NCBI GenBank assembly: GCA_963796285.1
Contig: CAWCKW010000012.1
Location: 512,001 to 576,000 of the forward strand
Source: Nitrospirota bacterium
Lineage (GTDB): Bacteria; Nitrospirota; UBA9217
Reading direction: 5' to 3'
Length of the DNA: 64,000 nucleotides
Both the position numbers and the translations under genes were made by a program. The notes below the pieces were generated by a model. That model made no database searches, was not told the DNA's origin, and worked only from the letters and a program-made list of their open reading frames with translations. This document shows, piece by piece, positions 10,877 to 20,069 of this stretch. Every line of letters begins with the position of its first letter. Positions within the stretch are counted from its first letter, which is position 1.

Positions 10877-11488
10877 TCACAGCCACTTCGTCAAATCCAG
10901 TGTCAACGCCGCGGGAATGATGGTGTCAACTTCGCGGAGCCGTTTGCGGCCGGCTTTTACGAACATGGCCTTCTGCAATTTCTTTTCTTCCGCATAATGA
11001 TCAAAGATGGGGAAATCGGCTTCGGGAATGTCCTTGCTGAAAAGCCCGCAGCCTTCGAGCCGCACGGCGCGGCGCGGTCCGCGGATGGTCGGCCCGAAGA
11101 TCCGGCAGATGTGCGGCCGCTGGTCATAGATCATGCATGAACCGTTCTCGAGCGCCGGGCAGGACATCTTTGCCGATCTGCGGGAGATCGAGTCGATGGC
11201 CGGCAGGGTCTTGAGCAGCGGGTCCTTGCGTGAAAAAGCCTTCTTCTTTTCAAGGATATCAAGCTGCTCATTGGCCTTAGCGAGGACCCGTTCCCTGACA
11301 GGAGAGGGGACCTGTTTCAGCGCATTGCGGATATAGATCGCGTCAAGGAGCGTGATGTCAAAGAACCCGACCGAACAGCATTCATGGCATCCCTGTTTGC
11401 ATCCGACACCATGTTTAGAAGCGGCCTTGGAATAAACGGTCTTGGATCGTTCGAGGAACAGAGCATACTTCTTGATTATTCGGTTCAT
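10877..11488 (-). CDS. YkgJ-family cysteine-cluster protein
   Basis: CKQGCHECC ... CPAL...CMIYDQRPHICR. Confidence 0.85.
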   Translation of the reverse strand: MNRIIKKYALFLERSKTVYSKAASKHGVGCKQGCHECCSVGFFDITLLDAIYIRNALKQVPSPVRERVLAKANEQLDILEKKKAFSRKDPLLKTLPAIDSISRRSAKMSCPALENGSCMIYDQRPHICRIFGPTIRGPRRAVRLEGCGLFSKDIPEADFPIFDHYAEEKKLQKAMFVKAGRKRLREVDTIIPAALTLDLTKWL

Positions 11489-11520
11489 TACACCATACCT
11501 TTCCTGATTGAGTGGCCTGG

Positions 11521-11550
11521 ATTATACGGGTTTGGCAGGCTGTTTGTCAA
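11521..11550 (-). promoter_or_regulatory. Consensus sigma70 promoter for the YkgJ-NUDIX genes
   Basis: TTGACA-18 bp-TATAAT on the minus strand. Confidence 0.7.
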
Positions 11551-11689
11551 TATGAAGCATCAGGATGGGATCCTTGTAACGGCGGAACGGCCGTAGTGAG
11601 ATGTGGTCTTCGACGGGATAAATTGGAAATGATAATCACTCAGGAATCATTGAAAGAGGAAAAAAAATCGAGGACAATTTAATCGTTCT

Positions 11690-11764
11690 ACCGCAAAGGG
11701 CGCAAAGGGAGGCGAGGCATATGCTCTTCTTTAACCTTCGCGTTCAGCGCGGCTTTGCGCGAAA
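11690..11764. repeat. Hairpin element (CGCAAAG family)
   Basis: ACCGCAAAGGGCGCAAAGG ... CCTTCGCGTTCAGCGCGGCTTTGCGCGAAA. Confidence 0.65.
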
Positions 11765-11914
11765 AGAATTATTCCGTATGGTTTGACCTGTGCTGTCGCA
11801 AATAAACGGGCACTGAAATGAACTCCGTGCAGGTTGTAAATGGTGGTGCTGTCCAGCGCTTGCCGCTCTGGCACTCTTCCGCGTATTTGACGGACACGGG
11901 GCCATATTCCGACG

Positions 11915-12475
11915 TTACCGTCCATTGCCGCGGGCACCGCGGATCATTCGGCGCATCTCGCGCATGAACTCCTGCTGGAAAATGACGTACCGCCCTTGTT
12001 GTTCTATGGTGAGGATTTTTTTCAGGCCGCTCATTTCTTTATACTTCAGATCTTGCATGGCGCGGTAGTTTTTTTCAAGTTTATCGAGATCGCTCTTGAT
12101 ACGGGACTCTTCAATTTTCGGAGATATGAGAGATTGCTGCAGCATTATCAGTGTTCCCGCTTGTTCGCGTTGGATCGCCCTGCGTTGCTGATCCAGGGAG
12201 CTGAGAAGCGATGACAGCCTTGCGCCGGTGTTGGCGTCGAGCTTCAGTGTTTCGGTGAGGCGCCATATCCTGACGGTCTCTATCTTTCTTCTTATTTCTG
12301 CGCGCCTTTCATCCGATAATGGTTCGCCCCGTCCTGGCCGGCCCAAATTCTCAACACCCCTGTTGTCATTATACTGACTGTTGGTTTGCATTGACGCAGG
12401 ACCCTGCTGTCCAAAAGCGGTCATGGTGATCGTCGTAAGCATCAAGACCATGGATACGATGCAAAATCCTTTCAT
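11915..12475 (-). CDS. Periplasmic Spy/CpxP/ZraP-like protein
   Basis: Signal peptide, helical body, ILTIEQQ (LTxxQ motif); third gene of an ECF operon. Confidence 0.7.
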   Translation of the reverse strand: MKGFCIVSMVLMLTTITMTAFGQQGPASMQTNSQYNDNRGVENLGRPGRGEPLSDERRAEIRRKIETVRIWRLTETLKLDANTGARLSSLLSSLDQQRRAIQREQAGTLIMLQQSLISPKIEESRIKSDLDKLEKNYRAMQDLKYKEMSGLKKILTIEQQGRYVIFQQEFMREMRRMIRGARGNGR

Positions 12476-12477
12476 GG

Positions 12478-13099
12478 TTAGCCCTCCTTCATCCTTTGAT
12501 CGATCTTTTGCATAAGTTGTTCAGATTCCCGTTTATTCAATTCCGGAAGCTCATCATACACATCGCTGTCCTGGCCGTTTCCAAGGACTTGTTCGGTCTC
12601 ATGGGCGATGGAGGCGAGTTCAGTTCCGGCCCAGGCATCGATCGTGGCGAGTTCGTCACGGTCGAGTTCACCAACATTCACCTGTTCGGCAGGCATGACC
12701 TCCTCGGCGAATTCAAATTCCTGCGCTGGAGGCATCTCCGGTTCTTTTCTGCCCGGGCCTGATGATGAGCCATGAGATGACAGAACGGTCGCTACTGATG
12801 CTGCTGCCCATGCCCAACGGGGAAGGGCTATCCGGTCCAGAAGCCAGGCGAGGTCGAAGGTTTTCTGTTCCGATTGCTGCGTCTGAACAGCACTGGTATA
12901 CCCGACCCGGCATCGCGGCCCAGAACGCTTCACCGGGATCAGGCACAGCCTCTTCTGCCATCATCCGCAGGAGGGACAGCTCATTGCGGCAGTCCTCACA
13001 GGACGCGAGATGGTTCTCGATCATGAGCATCTCCGTCCGGTCAAGCGCCTGCTCCCGGTAGGCGGGAAGCAATTCTTTTATGGTTGTGTCTTTGCACAT
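12478..13099 (-). CDS. Zinc-finger (zf-HC2) anti-sigma factor (frameshifted)
   Basis: MCKD...ENHLASCEDC (HxxxCxxC), then a TM segment in the second frame. Confidence 0.8.
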
Positions 13100-13673
13100 G
13101 GCGGTTTTCCGATCCCTGTCTCCTGGCTACGGTGTGTTGTCGGTGTTCTTTACCCATCATTGTTTTCAGCTTTTGCACCCCGTGATGGTAATTCGCCTTG
13201 GCCGTGCCGAGCGAGCATTGCATGATCTCCGCGATCTCCTCGAATTTACGGCCTTCCTGTATCCTGAGCATGACCGTCATGCGCTGTTTTTCCGGAAGCC
13301 CCGCGAGCGCCTGCCGGAGCAGGAGCCTGCTCTCTTTCTGGATGAGGCCTTCGAGCGTGCGGGGGTCCCGTCTGATGACCACGTCATCGATCGGGACATG
13401 CTCGGCTTTTGACCGGTCGCGGTAGACGTTCTTGGCAAGGTTGATCGCGATCTGGTAGAGCCAGGTCTTGAAGCTCGAACGCCGCTCGAAAGAGCCGAGT
13501 CCGGTAAAGGCCTTAACAAAGGTTTTTTGCAGCAGGTCCGATGCGTCTTCATGGTTGCTGACCATGCGATAGAGCAGGTAGTAGAGCGGTTTCTGATACT
13601 TTATCACCAGCTCATTGAACGCTTCGCGCTCGCCTGCTGTGGTTCTGTTGATAAGGTCAAGGTCTTCGTCCAT
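13041..13673 (-). CDS. ECF RNA polymerase sigma factor
   Basis: EDASDLLQKTFVKA, SSFKTWLYQIAIN and LPEKQR...FEEIAEIMQCSLGTAK (regions 2 and 4). Confidence 0.92.
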   Translation of the reverse strand: MDEDLDLINRTTAGEREAFNELVIKYQKPLYYLLYRMVSNHEDASDLLQKTFVKAFTGLGSFERRSSFKTWLYQIAINLAKNVYRDRSKAEHVPIDDVVIRRDPRTLEGLIQKESRLLLRQALAGLPEKQRMTVMLRIQEGRKFEEIAEIMQCSLGTAKANYHHGVQKLKTMMGKEHRQHTVARRQGSENRHVQRHNHKRIASRLPGAGA

Positions 13674-13696
13674 AGGCGCGCTGTGTTCTGGTTAGT

Positions 13697-13723
13697 GAGA
13701 CCCCGACTTGGGGGAAAAGGTTA
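13697..13723 (-). promoter_or_regulatory. Putative ECF autoregulatory promoter
   Basis: TAACC-16 bp-GGTCTC just upstream of the ECF start codon, the typical AAC/GTC ECF architecture. Confidence 0.45.
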
Positions 13724-13939
13724 ATAGAGACGAAATCAAAGAAGACCGGTTTCCTTCAAGTGCGAATGGGCAACGAGTGGGCTGACTGTGGCCACCACCA
13801 AAGATAATACACGTTGACACGGCAAATGCTGAGAAAGGCAATGATACCAGTCGAATAAATCAAGTCGTTGTAAGAAGTTCAGGATTTTCTTTGCGCACGT
13901 CGTGTCTTTGAGAATGATGACATTCGTCCTTGTGCAGTT

Positions 13940-16082
13940 TCATGACCCCGGCTTTACCGGCGCCGGTTCCGCGTCCTTAACATCCCGGTGCAGGCAGACG
14001 CGGTTCCTGCCCGACCGTTTTGCCTGGTACAGCGCATTGTCCGCCATGTTCACCAGGTCGGCCTTGTTCTTCGTGTCCTCGGGAAAATTGCTGACGCCGA
14101 TGCTCAGGGTGAGCAGCAGGTCCTTGCCGCCCACCCGGGCCGCCACCGTTTTTTCCATGAGCTTTCGTACCCGTTCCGCCATCTGCTCCGCTCCCTTGAT
14201 ATTGGTATCGACCATGCCGATGGCGAACTCCTCGCCCCCATAGCGCGCCACAAAGTCCGAGCCGCGGCCGGTCTCCTTCAGCACCTTTGCCACCGCCTTG
14301 AGCGCGATGTCTCCCACGGGATGGCCATACGTGTCGTTGACGTTCTTGAACTTGTCGATATCCATGAGCAGGATCGAGAAGGGACGCATGTCGCGGTCGA
14401 TGCGCCGGTATTCCTCGGCAAGCTTTTCCATGAACGTCCGGTGGTTCAGGAGCCCGGTGAGGCCGTCGGTCCTCGCCAGGTCCTCGATCTTCCGGTACAG
14501 GAGGGAATTGTACGCCACCATGGAGATCTGGTTCATAAGCGTGTCGAGCAGGTAGTTGCGGTGATATTCCGTGAACGCGTCGGTCTTGAGCGAGGCGAGA
14601 AAGAATGCGCCGATGCAGGCGTCTTTGGCGATCAGCAGCCTTCCGTACAAAGACTTGATCGGTTTTTGAAATTCTTTGAACGGGAAGAGCCCGATGTCCC
14701 TGCCCCGGTCGCCGAAGTCCCCGGTATAGTAGCTGATGATGCCTGCCGTCCTGCCAGTGCTTCTGCATATAGGTCACGATTGCACTGTCCTCAAAGGGGA
14801 AGGCCGTGTTGATCAGTTTGGCGTCATAGCCGTGGAGCGCGATGAACTGAAGGTGCGGTTTGCCTTCCTCCTCGGTCTTCAGGACGCAGGCGCAGAAGTC
14901 AAAGGGCACCAGCTGCTGGATCCGGGGGATCACCTTGTCCATGATCTCGCCGAACTTGAGACTGCTGTTCAGGCCGGAGCTGATCTCGTGCAGGGCGCCG
15001 AAGTGGTCGGCCCGGGTCTTCAGATTGACGCGACAGCTGGATCTTCTCGATGATCTGGATAAAGAAGGTCTCAAAGTAGCTCAGGGTGTCCTGGTCCTCA
15101 AGAGAAAATGCCCCCGCCTCCAGGCTGTCCACCGCAATGACGCCGATCGTGTTCTCGTCCTGCACCACCGGGATGGCAAGGAAGGTCTTGACCGGCACGT
15201 TCCGGACATCATGCTGATAGTAGCCGAGGTTGGAGATGGGCGTGCCCATGCCCGAGATGTCGGACAGGTACTGACGCTGCTTCTGCTCGCCGCAGACGTC
15301 GATGTAGGTCTTGCCCCGCAATTCCGTTCCCACCGGCACGATCGCAGTGCATGCTCTCGGTCTTGATCGCCCGCAGCACAAAAACCTCGCCGTACTCGCG
15401 GCGCTCCTTCAGGAAGAGGGCATAGGAGTGGGCGGGTACGAACCGGGAGATCATGTCGATAAGCCCGTTAAAGGTGGTCTCGCGCTCCCGGGCAGCGCTC
15501 ACGGCGGTCGTCCGCCTGTCCATGAGCGATTCCAGGGTGTTCGTCTCTGCAAGGGGGTCGAGTGCGTCCGCATGGGCGATCAGCCGTTCATGGGCGTCCT
15601 TGACCTGTGCAGCCTCTTTGCGGGTGCGGTGCAGGATGTGCGCAATGGCAATGGACAGACCGGAAAAGGACACGCCGAATCCCGCATACACGGGCCATCG
15701 CTCCGGTTGCCACTGGCCTGACAGCAGGAGATTGGACGCTTCAATGGCGATGATCAGGCAGACCGTTCCATACGTCTGGATCAGCGGAGAGAACGCCGCA
15801 ACCATGACGGCGAACAGGAAATAGGCCGGCCACAGGGAGGAATGGGAGCCGCCGGTGATCTGGATGAAAAAATTCAACAGGACAATGCCGAGGACGATGA
15901 AGGGGAAGTAATTCAGGCGTTCTCTGGAAAAAAAGGAAACAGTAGGACACGGTCAGGGAGAGTACAAGGTATCCCGTCAGCCAGATGATCAGGTGCCAGC
16001 CTGACGGGTCGGCACGAAGAAAAAATCCCAAGCCGGAAGAGAGGGTGTAGAGGACCAGGCCGGGGAAAATAGTTTTTTTCAA
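13940..16082 (-). CDS. Membrane GAF-GAF-GGDEF diguanylate cyclase (several frameshifts)
   Basis: N-terminal TM helices, GAF-like LAIPVV...IGVIAVDS, and DGLTGLLN, DIDKFKNVNDTYGH, RGSD (I-site), GGEEF; the TTG start overlaps the DUF507 stop. Confidence 0.88.
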
Positions 16083-16357
16083 ACTTTTCTTCTCCTGTTC
16101 ATCTCTTCTTCCACATATTTGCGGTAGAGGACATCCCACTCGCGGCTGCCTTCGGGGACCCTGCGCGACAGCGACTGGATCGTGCGGCGAGCCGCCTCGT
16201 CCGCTTCGTCCTCGAACTTGAGCTCATCAGCGATGGTCCGCTTGGTCTCGCGGAGGACCCGCTCCTCGGTCTGGAGGACTTCGATGTTCCTGTTCCGGAT
16301 AAGCATGTCCTGGATCAGGTGGGAGATGTGGGATATTCTGTCTTCGCTTAAGCGCAT
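16079..16357 (-). CDS. DUF507 family protein
   Basis: MRLSEDRISHISH...PEGSREWDVLYRKY pattern. Confidence 0.8.
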   Translation of the reverse strand: MRLSEDRISHISHLIQDMLIRNRNIEVLQTEERVLRETKRTIADELKFEDEADEAARRTIQSLSRRVPEGSREWDVLYRKYVEEEMNRRRKV

Positions 16358-16385
16358 GGCGGCTGCTGTACTCCTGTGAGCGGCA

Positions 16386-16667
16386 TTACAGAACTATTCC
16401 GCGTTCCTTCGCGAGCTTCTGCTTGGTCATATCGAACACCTTGCGGTAGTCCATATTCTCCCTGGCGATCTCGTCCGCGTGCGCGGAAAGGATCTTTTCC
16501 ACGTCCTTGTTCAGCGCTTCTTCCGCAATCATGTCAGCGGTGATCACCTCCGCGATCTTCTCGGCGACAGCGCTTTTTGGCACCTCATACTCCACCAGAC
16601 CCTTGCTCTCAAGGTTCGCGGCAATCGCATCGGCGATGTGTTTGATCATTTCTTTGGGAAGACGCAT
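16386..16667 (-). CDS. DUF507 family protein
   Basis: MRLPKEMIKHIA...DYRKVFDMTKQKLAKERGIVL pattern; AAGGAG RBS. Confidence 0.8.
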   Translation of the reverse strand: MRLPKEMIKHIADAIAANLESKGLVEYEVPKSAVAEKIAEVITADMIAEEALNKDVEKILSAHADEIARENMDYRKVFDMTKQKLAKERGIVL

Positions 16668-16894
16668 AGAAACTCCTTGCGAGGCATTATAACAGAAAAG
16701 GAGGGAAATGGGAGAGGAAAATGCGGGATGGAGGCCATATCAGAAAACATCGGTTAATGAACGTACCGGGATTTCACCGAAGCAATATACAATAGCAAGT
16801 GGCACGGGATTCAGGAGTTAAACGGTTCAGGATGAGGCGCATGAGCACTCTACGATACTGAAACCTGCCGCATCAGCGTTCGCCAAAAATTCTT

Positions 16895-16923
16895 TTGCAA
16901 AAATAGCATCTCTGTGATAAAGT
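16895..16923 (+). promoter_or_regulatory. Sigma70 promoter ahead of a ~175-nt leader and the small-ORF-alr-mla operon
   Basis: TTGCAA-17 bp-TAAAGT with an upstream TG. Confidence 0.5.
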
Positions 16924-17106
16924 ACGCTTTAAAATATCTGAAAACAGGCGGATTTATTGAATAGGCGGGCGACAACGTCATTATTTGCGGTCATTTAAAG
17001 ACCTCGCCTGTGCGTGGTCGTCATGCATACGGAAGAGTAATGCGGCATAATTTTCATTTCCAAAATGCCAGGCAGGTTCGTCGGGATGTAAATCGGAGGA
17101 TATACA

Positions 17107-17301
17107 ATGGATCCCATTATGTGTCCGTTCTGCGGAGGGACCAACCTTTTTCAGGAAGACGACGTTTCCCTTGAAATGGACTTTGAATACTGGACCATTC
17201 ACCATTGGGCGTGCCTGGACTGTGCTCAGTCTTTCGATAAGATAGAAATATTGCCCGCGTCGAACAAGTTCGAGGAGATCAATGAGAGCACCATCCACTG
17301 A
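17107..17301 (+). CDS. Small acidic zinc-ribbon protein (64 aa)
   Basis: GGAGG RBS; CPFC ... CLDC pairs; overlaps the alr start by 20 bp. Confidence 0.6.
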   Translation: MDPIMCPFCGGTNLFQEDDVSLEMDFEYWTIHHWACLDCAQSFDKIEILPASNKFEEINESTIH

Positions 17302-18448
17302 AAGCGGGTCTCACCGATCGGCCGCGACAACATTCCCGTCGGACCGGCCTACGATCGCATTGATTGACATGGATGCGCTTGACCATAATTTCAGGGAAGT
17401 CGTCCGTTGCGCCGAGGGGCAGCAGGTGTTGGCCGTTGTCAAGGCCAGGGCCTATGGCCATGGGGCCGTGAAGATGTCAAAACGCCTCCTGAGGCTTGGC
17501 GCGGACATGCTTGGCGTTGCCCTGGTTGAAGAGGGCAGGGAACTTCGCGAGGCAGGCATCGATGCGCCGGTCCTGGTCATGGGGGCGACATTTCCGGAAC
17601 AGGCCGAAGAAATGGTGTCGCTGAAGCTGACCCCGGCGATCTTCAGTCTTTCTGTTGCGCAAGCGTTGTCAGAGGCGGCCTATACGTGCAGAACAACGAT
17701 CAATGTCCACGTAAAGATCGATACGGGCATGGGCAGGATCGGCATTGCTCCCGAGGACGCTCCTGAACTTATTGCAACGCTCCAGAAACTGCGCAATATT
17801 TCCGTGCAGGGGCTGATGACGCATTTTGCCGATGCGGACTTGCGGGACAAACAGTTCGCTTCGAAACAGATGGACCGTTTCGAGGCCCTCCTTAAGGCGC
17901 TCGAAGCAAAGAAGATCAAGGTGCCTGTGCGCCACGCGGCAAACAGCGCTGCGGTGCTGGATTTTCATCGCGCGTTCTTCACCATGGTCAGGCCCGGGTT
18001 GATGCTGTACGGCTACAACCCCCTTGAAGAAGGGGCCCTTGGCGCAGATCTGCGGCCGGTGTTGTCGCTCCTCACGCGCATCGCGTTCATCAAGAAGGTC
18101 CCGACAGGTGTGCCGATCAGTTACGGCCGCACGTTTACGACGAAACGGGAAAGCGCCATCGCGACCCTGCCGATTGGATATGCCGACGGGTACAGCCGCG
18201 GCCTCTCGAACAGGGGAGAGGCGCTGGTCCGCGGTATTCGTGTCCCGGTGGTCGGCAGGGTGTGCATGGACATGTGCATGATCGATGTCACGGATGTTCC
18301 CTCTGCGCGCGAGGGCGACGACGTTGCGCTGATCGGCAGTCAGGGCGGCGAACGGATCACAGCGGACGATATCGCCGCAAAGACCGGAACCATAGCATAC
18401 GAGGTGCTCTGTGGAATCAGCAGCCGCGTCCCCCGGATATATCAGTAG
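17282..18448 (+). CDS. alr: Alanine racemase
   Basis: AVVKARAYGHG (PLP Lys), KIDTGMGRIG, MTHFA, ANSAA, RPG, SYG, GYADG and GRVCMD. Confidence 0.96.
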   Translation: MRAPSTESGSHRSAATTFPSDRPTIALIDMDALDHNFREVVRCAEGQQVLAVVKARAYGHGAVKMSKRLLRLGADMLGVALVEEGRELREAGIDAPVLVMGATFPEQAEEMVSLKLTPAIFSLSVAQALSEAAYTCRTTINVHVKIDTGMGRIGIAPEDAPELIATLQKLRNISVQGLMTHFADADLRDKQFASKQMDRFEALLKALEAKKIKVPVRHAANSAAVLDFHRAFFTMVRPGLMLYGYNPLEEGALGADLRPVLSLLTRIAFIKKVPTGVPISYGRTFTTKRESAIATLPIGYADGYSRGLSNRGEALVRGIRVPVVGRVCMDMCMIDVTDVPSAREGDDVALIGSQGGERITADDIAAKTGTIAYEVLCGISSRVPRIYQ

Positions 18449-19212
18449 GTTCCTTGAGGTGGTGGGCCACAGGACTTCCGGCTTTCTCGCCGAGGTCGGA
18501 AGCGTGCTCATCTTCCTGCTCCAGACGCTCCGCTGGACCTTCACTCCTCCTTTTTACTGGAAGAGCGTGCTGAAGCAGATGGAGCAGATAGGGTTCAACT
18601 CGATCCCGGTGGTGATCACCACGGCGCTCTCGACCGGCATGGTGCTTGCGCTTCAGAGCTATACCGGGTTCAAGCGTTTCGGCGCGGAGACGCTCATCGG
18701 CACCGTTGTTTCACTTTCCATGACCAGGGAACTCGGGCCGGTGCTCACGGGCCTCATGGTGGCGGGCAGGGCGGGAGCTGCCATGGCAGCGGAACTCGGC
18801 ACCATGCGGGTCACTGAGCAGATCGACGCCCTGTCGACACTGGCCACGAACCCGATGAAGTATCTCGTTGTGCCCCGGTTCATCGCAAGCACGGTTATGA
18901 TGTTCTTTCTCACGATCCTCGGCATGATGATCGGCATCACCGGCGGCTATTTCGTCGGCGTAAAAGTGCTCGGTACGAACCCGGTCACCTATATCAATAA
19001 CAGCATCAGACTATACCGAGGTAACGGACATCTGGTACGGATTGATCAAGGCGCTTGTGTTCGGCGCGGTCGTCGGGCTGATCGGCTGTTATAAAGGGTT
19101 TCATACGGAAGGCGGGGCGGAAGGGGTAGGAAAGGCGACCACCGGCGCTGTCGTCGTCTCGTGCATGCTGATCCTCATTCTGGATTATTTCCTGTCCGCG
19201 CTGTTATGGTGA
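18411..19212 (+). CDS. mlaE: MlaE-family ABC permease (frameshift near 19010)
   Basis: RELGPVLTGLMVAGRAGAAMAAELGTMRVTEQIDAL and GGAEGVGKATT. Confidence 0.92.
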
Positions 19213-19216
19213 TGCC

Positions 19217-19969
19217 ATGGCGATGATCGAGATCATCGACGTCCATAAGAGCTTCGGCAGTCTTGACGTGCTCCGCGGGGTGAACCTCACCGTAGAAAAG
19301 GGCGAGAGCATGACCGTGATCGGCGGCAGCGGCAGCGGCAAGAGCGTGCTGATCAAGCATATCATCGGACTGCTGTTCCCGGACAAGGGCAGGGTTATCG
19401 TAGACGGCCAGGTAATGAACGATCTCGATGAGTTCGGCTTGAACGAACTGAGAAAGAAATTCGGGATGCTGTTCCAGATGGCGGCGCTCTTCGATTCGCT
19501 CACGGTCTGGGAGAACGTGGGGTTTTCTCTCAAGCAGCATACGAAGCACTCCGACAAGGAGATCCGGGAGATCGCGACGCAAAAGCTTGCCCTCGTTGGA
19601 CTGAAGGATGTTGAGGACAAGATGCCGTCAGAGCTTTCCGGAGGCATGAAAAAGAGGGTGGGGCTTGCCCGGGCGATCGCCATGGACCCGGCCATCATCC
19701 TGTATGATGAGCCCACGACCGGTCTGGATCCGATCGCAGCCGACGCGATCAACGACCTGATCATCGACCTCAGGAAAAAGCTCGGCGTGACGTCTGTGGC
19801 GATTACGCATGATATGCACAGCGCCTACAAGATCTCGGACCGGATCGCCATGCTCTACAAGGGCGAGATCCTGGAGACCGGTACGCCGGACCAGATCAGG
19901 AACTCAGCGAACCCTATCGTGCATCAGTTCATCACCGGCAGCGCGGTGGGGCCGATAACGGCGGAATAA
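19217..19969 (+). CDS. mlaF: MlaF-family ABC ATPase
   Basis: GGSGSGKS, LSGGMKKRVGLARA, YDEPTTGLDP. Confidence 0.93.
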   Translation: MAMIEIIDVHKSFGSLDVLRGVNLTVEKGESMTVIGGSGSGKSVLIKHIIGLLFPDKGRVIVDGQVMNDLDEFGLNELRKKFGMLFQMAALFDSLTVWENVGFSLKQHTKHSDKEIREIATQKLALVGLKDVEDKMPSELSGGMKKRVGLARAIAMDPAIILYDEPTTGLDPIAADAINDLIIDLRKKLGVTSVAITHDMHSAYKISDRIAMLYKGEILETGTPDQIRNSANPIVHQFITGSAVGPITAE

Positions 19970-19973
19970 TTCC

Positions 19974-20004
19974 AATGCGGAATGCGGAGTGCGGAATGCG
20001 GAAT
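19974..20004 (+). repeat. Heptamer tandem repeat (AATGCGG) x4
   Basis: AATGCGG AATGCGG AGTGCGG AATGCGG AAT. Confidence 0.8.
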
Positions 20005-20069
20005 AATAAAAAGAACAAAAAAATCCAATGTCTGTGCCTTTTAAAAACCGCACTAACAAAGAGGGTCTC

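Noticed and set aside
13818-13850. GGCAAA...GAAA segment as a c-di-GMP-I riboswitch near the diguanylate cyclase
   Set aside because: It lacks the GACGCAAAGC junction and second stem, and it is not in a 5' leader in that orientation.
16800-16816. TGGCACG as a sigma54 promoter
   Set aside because: There is no TTGC at the -12 position.
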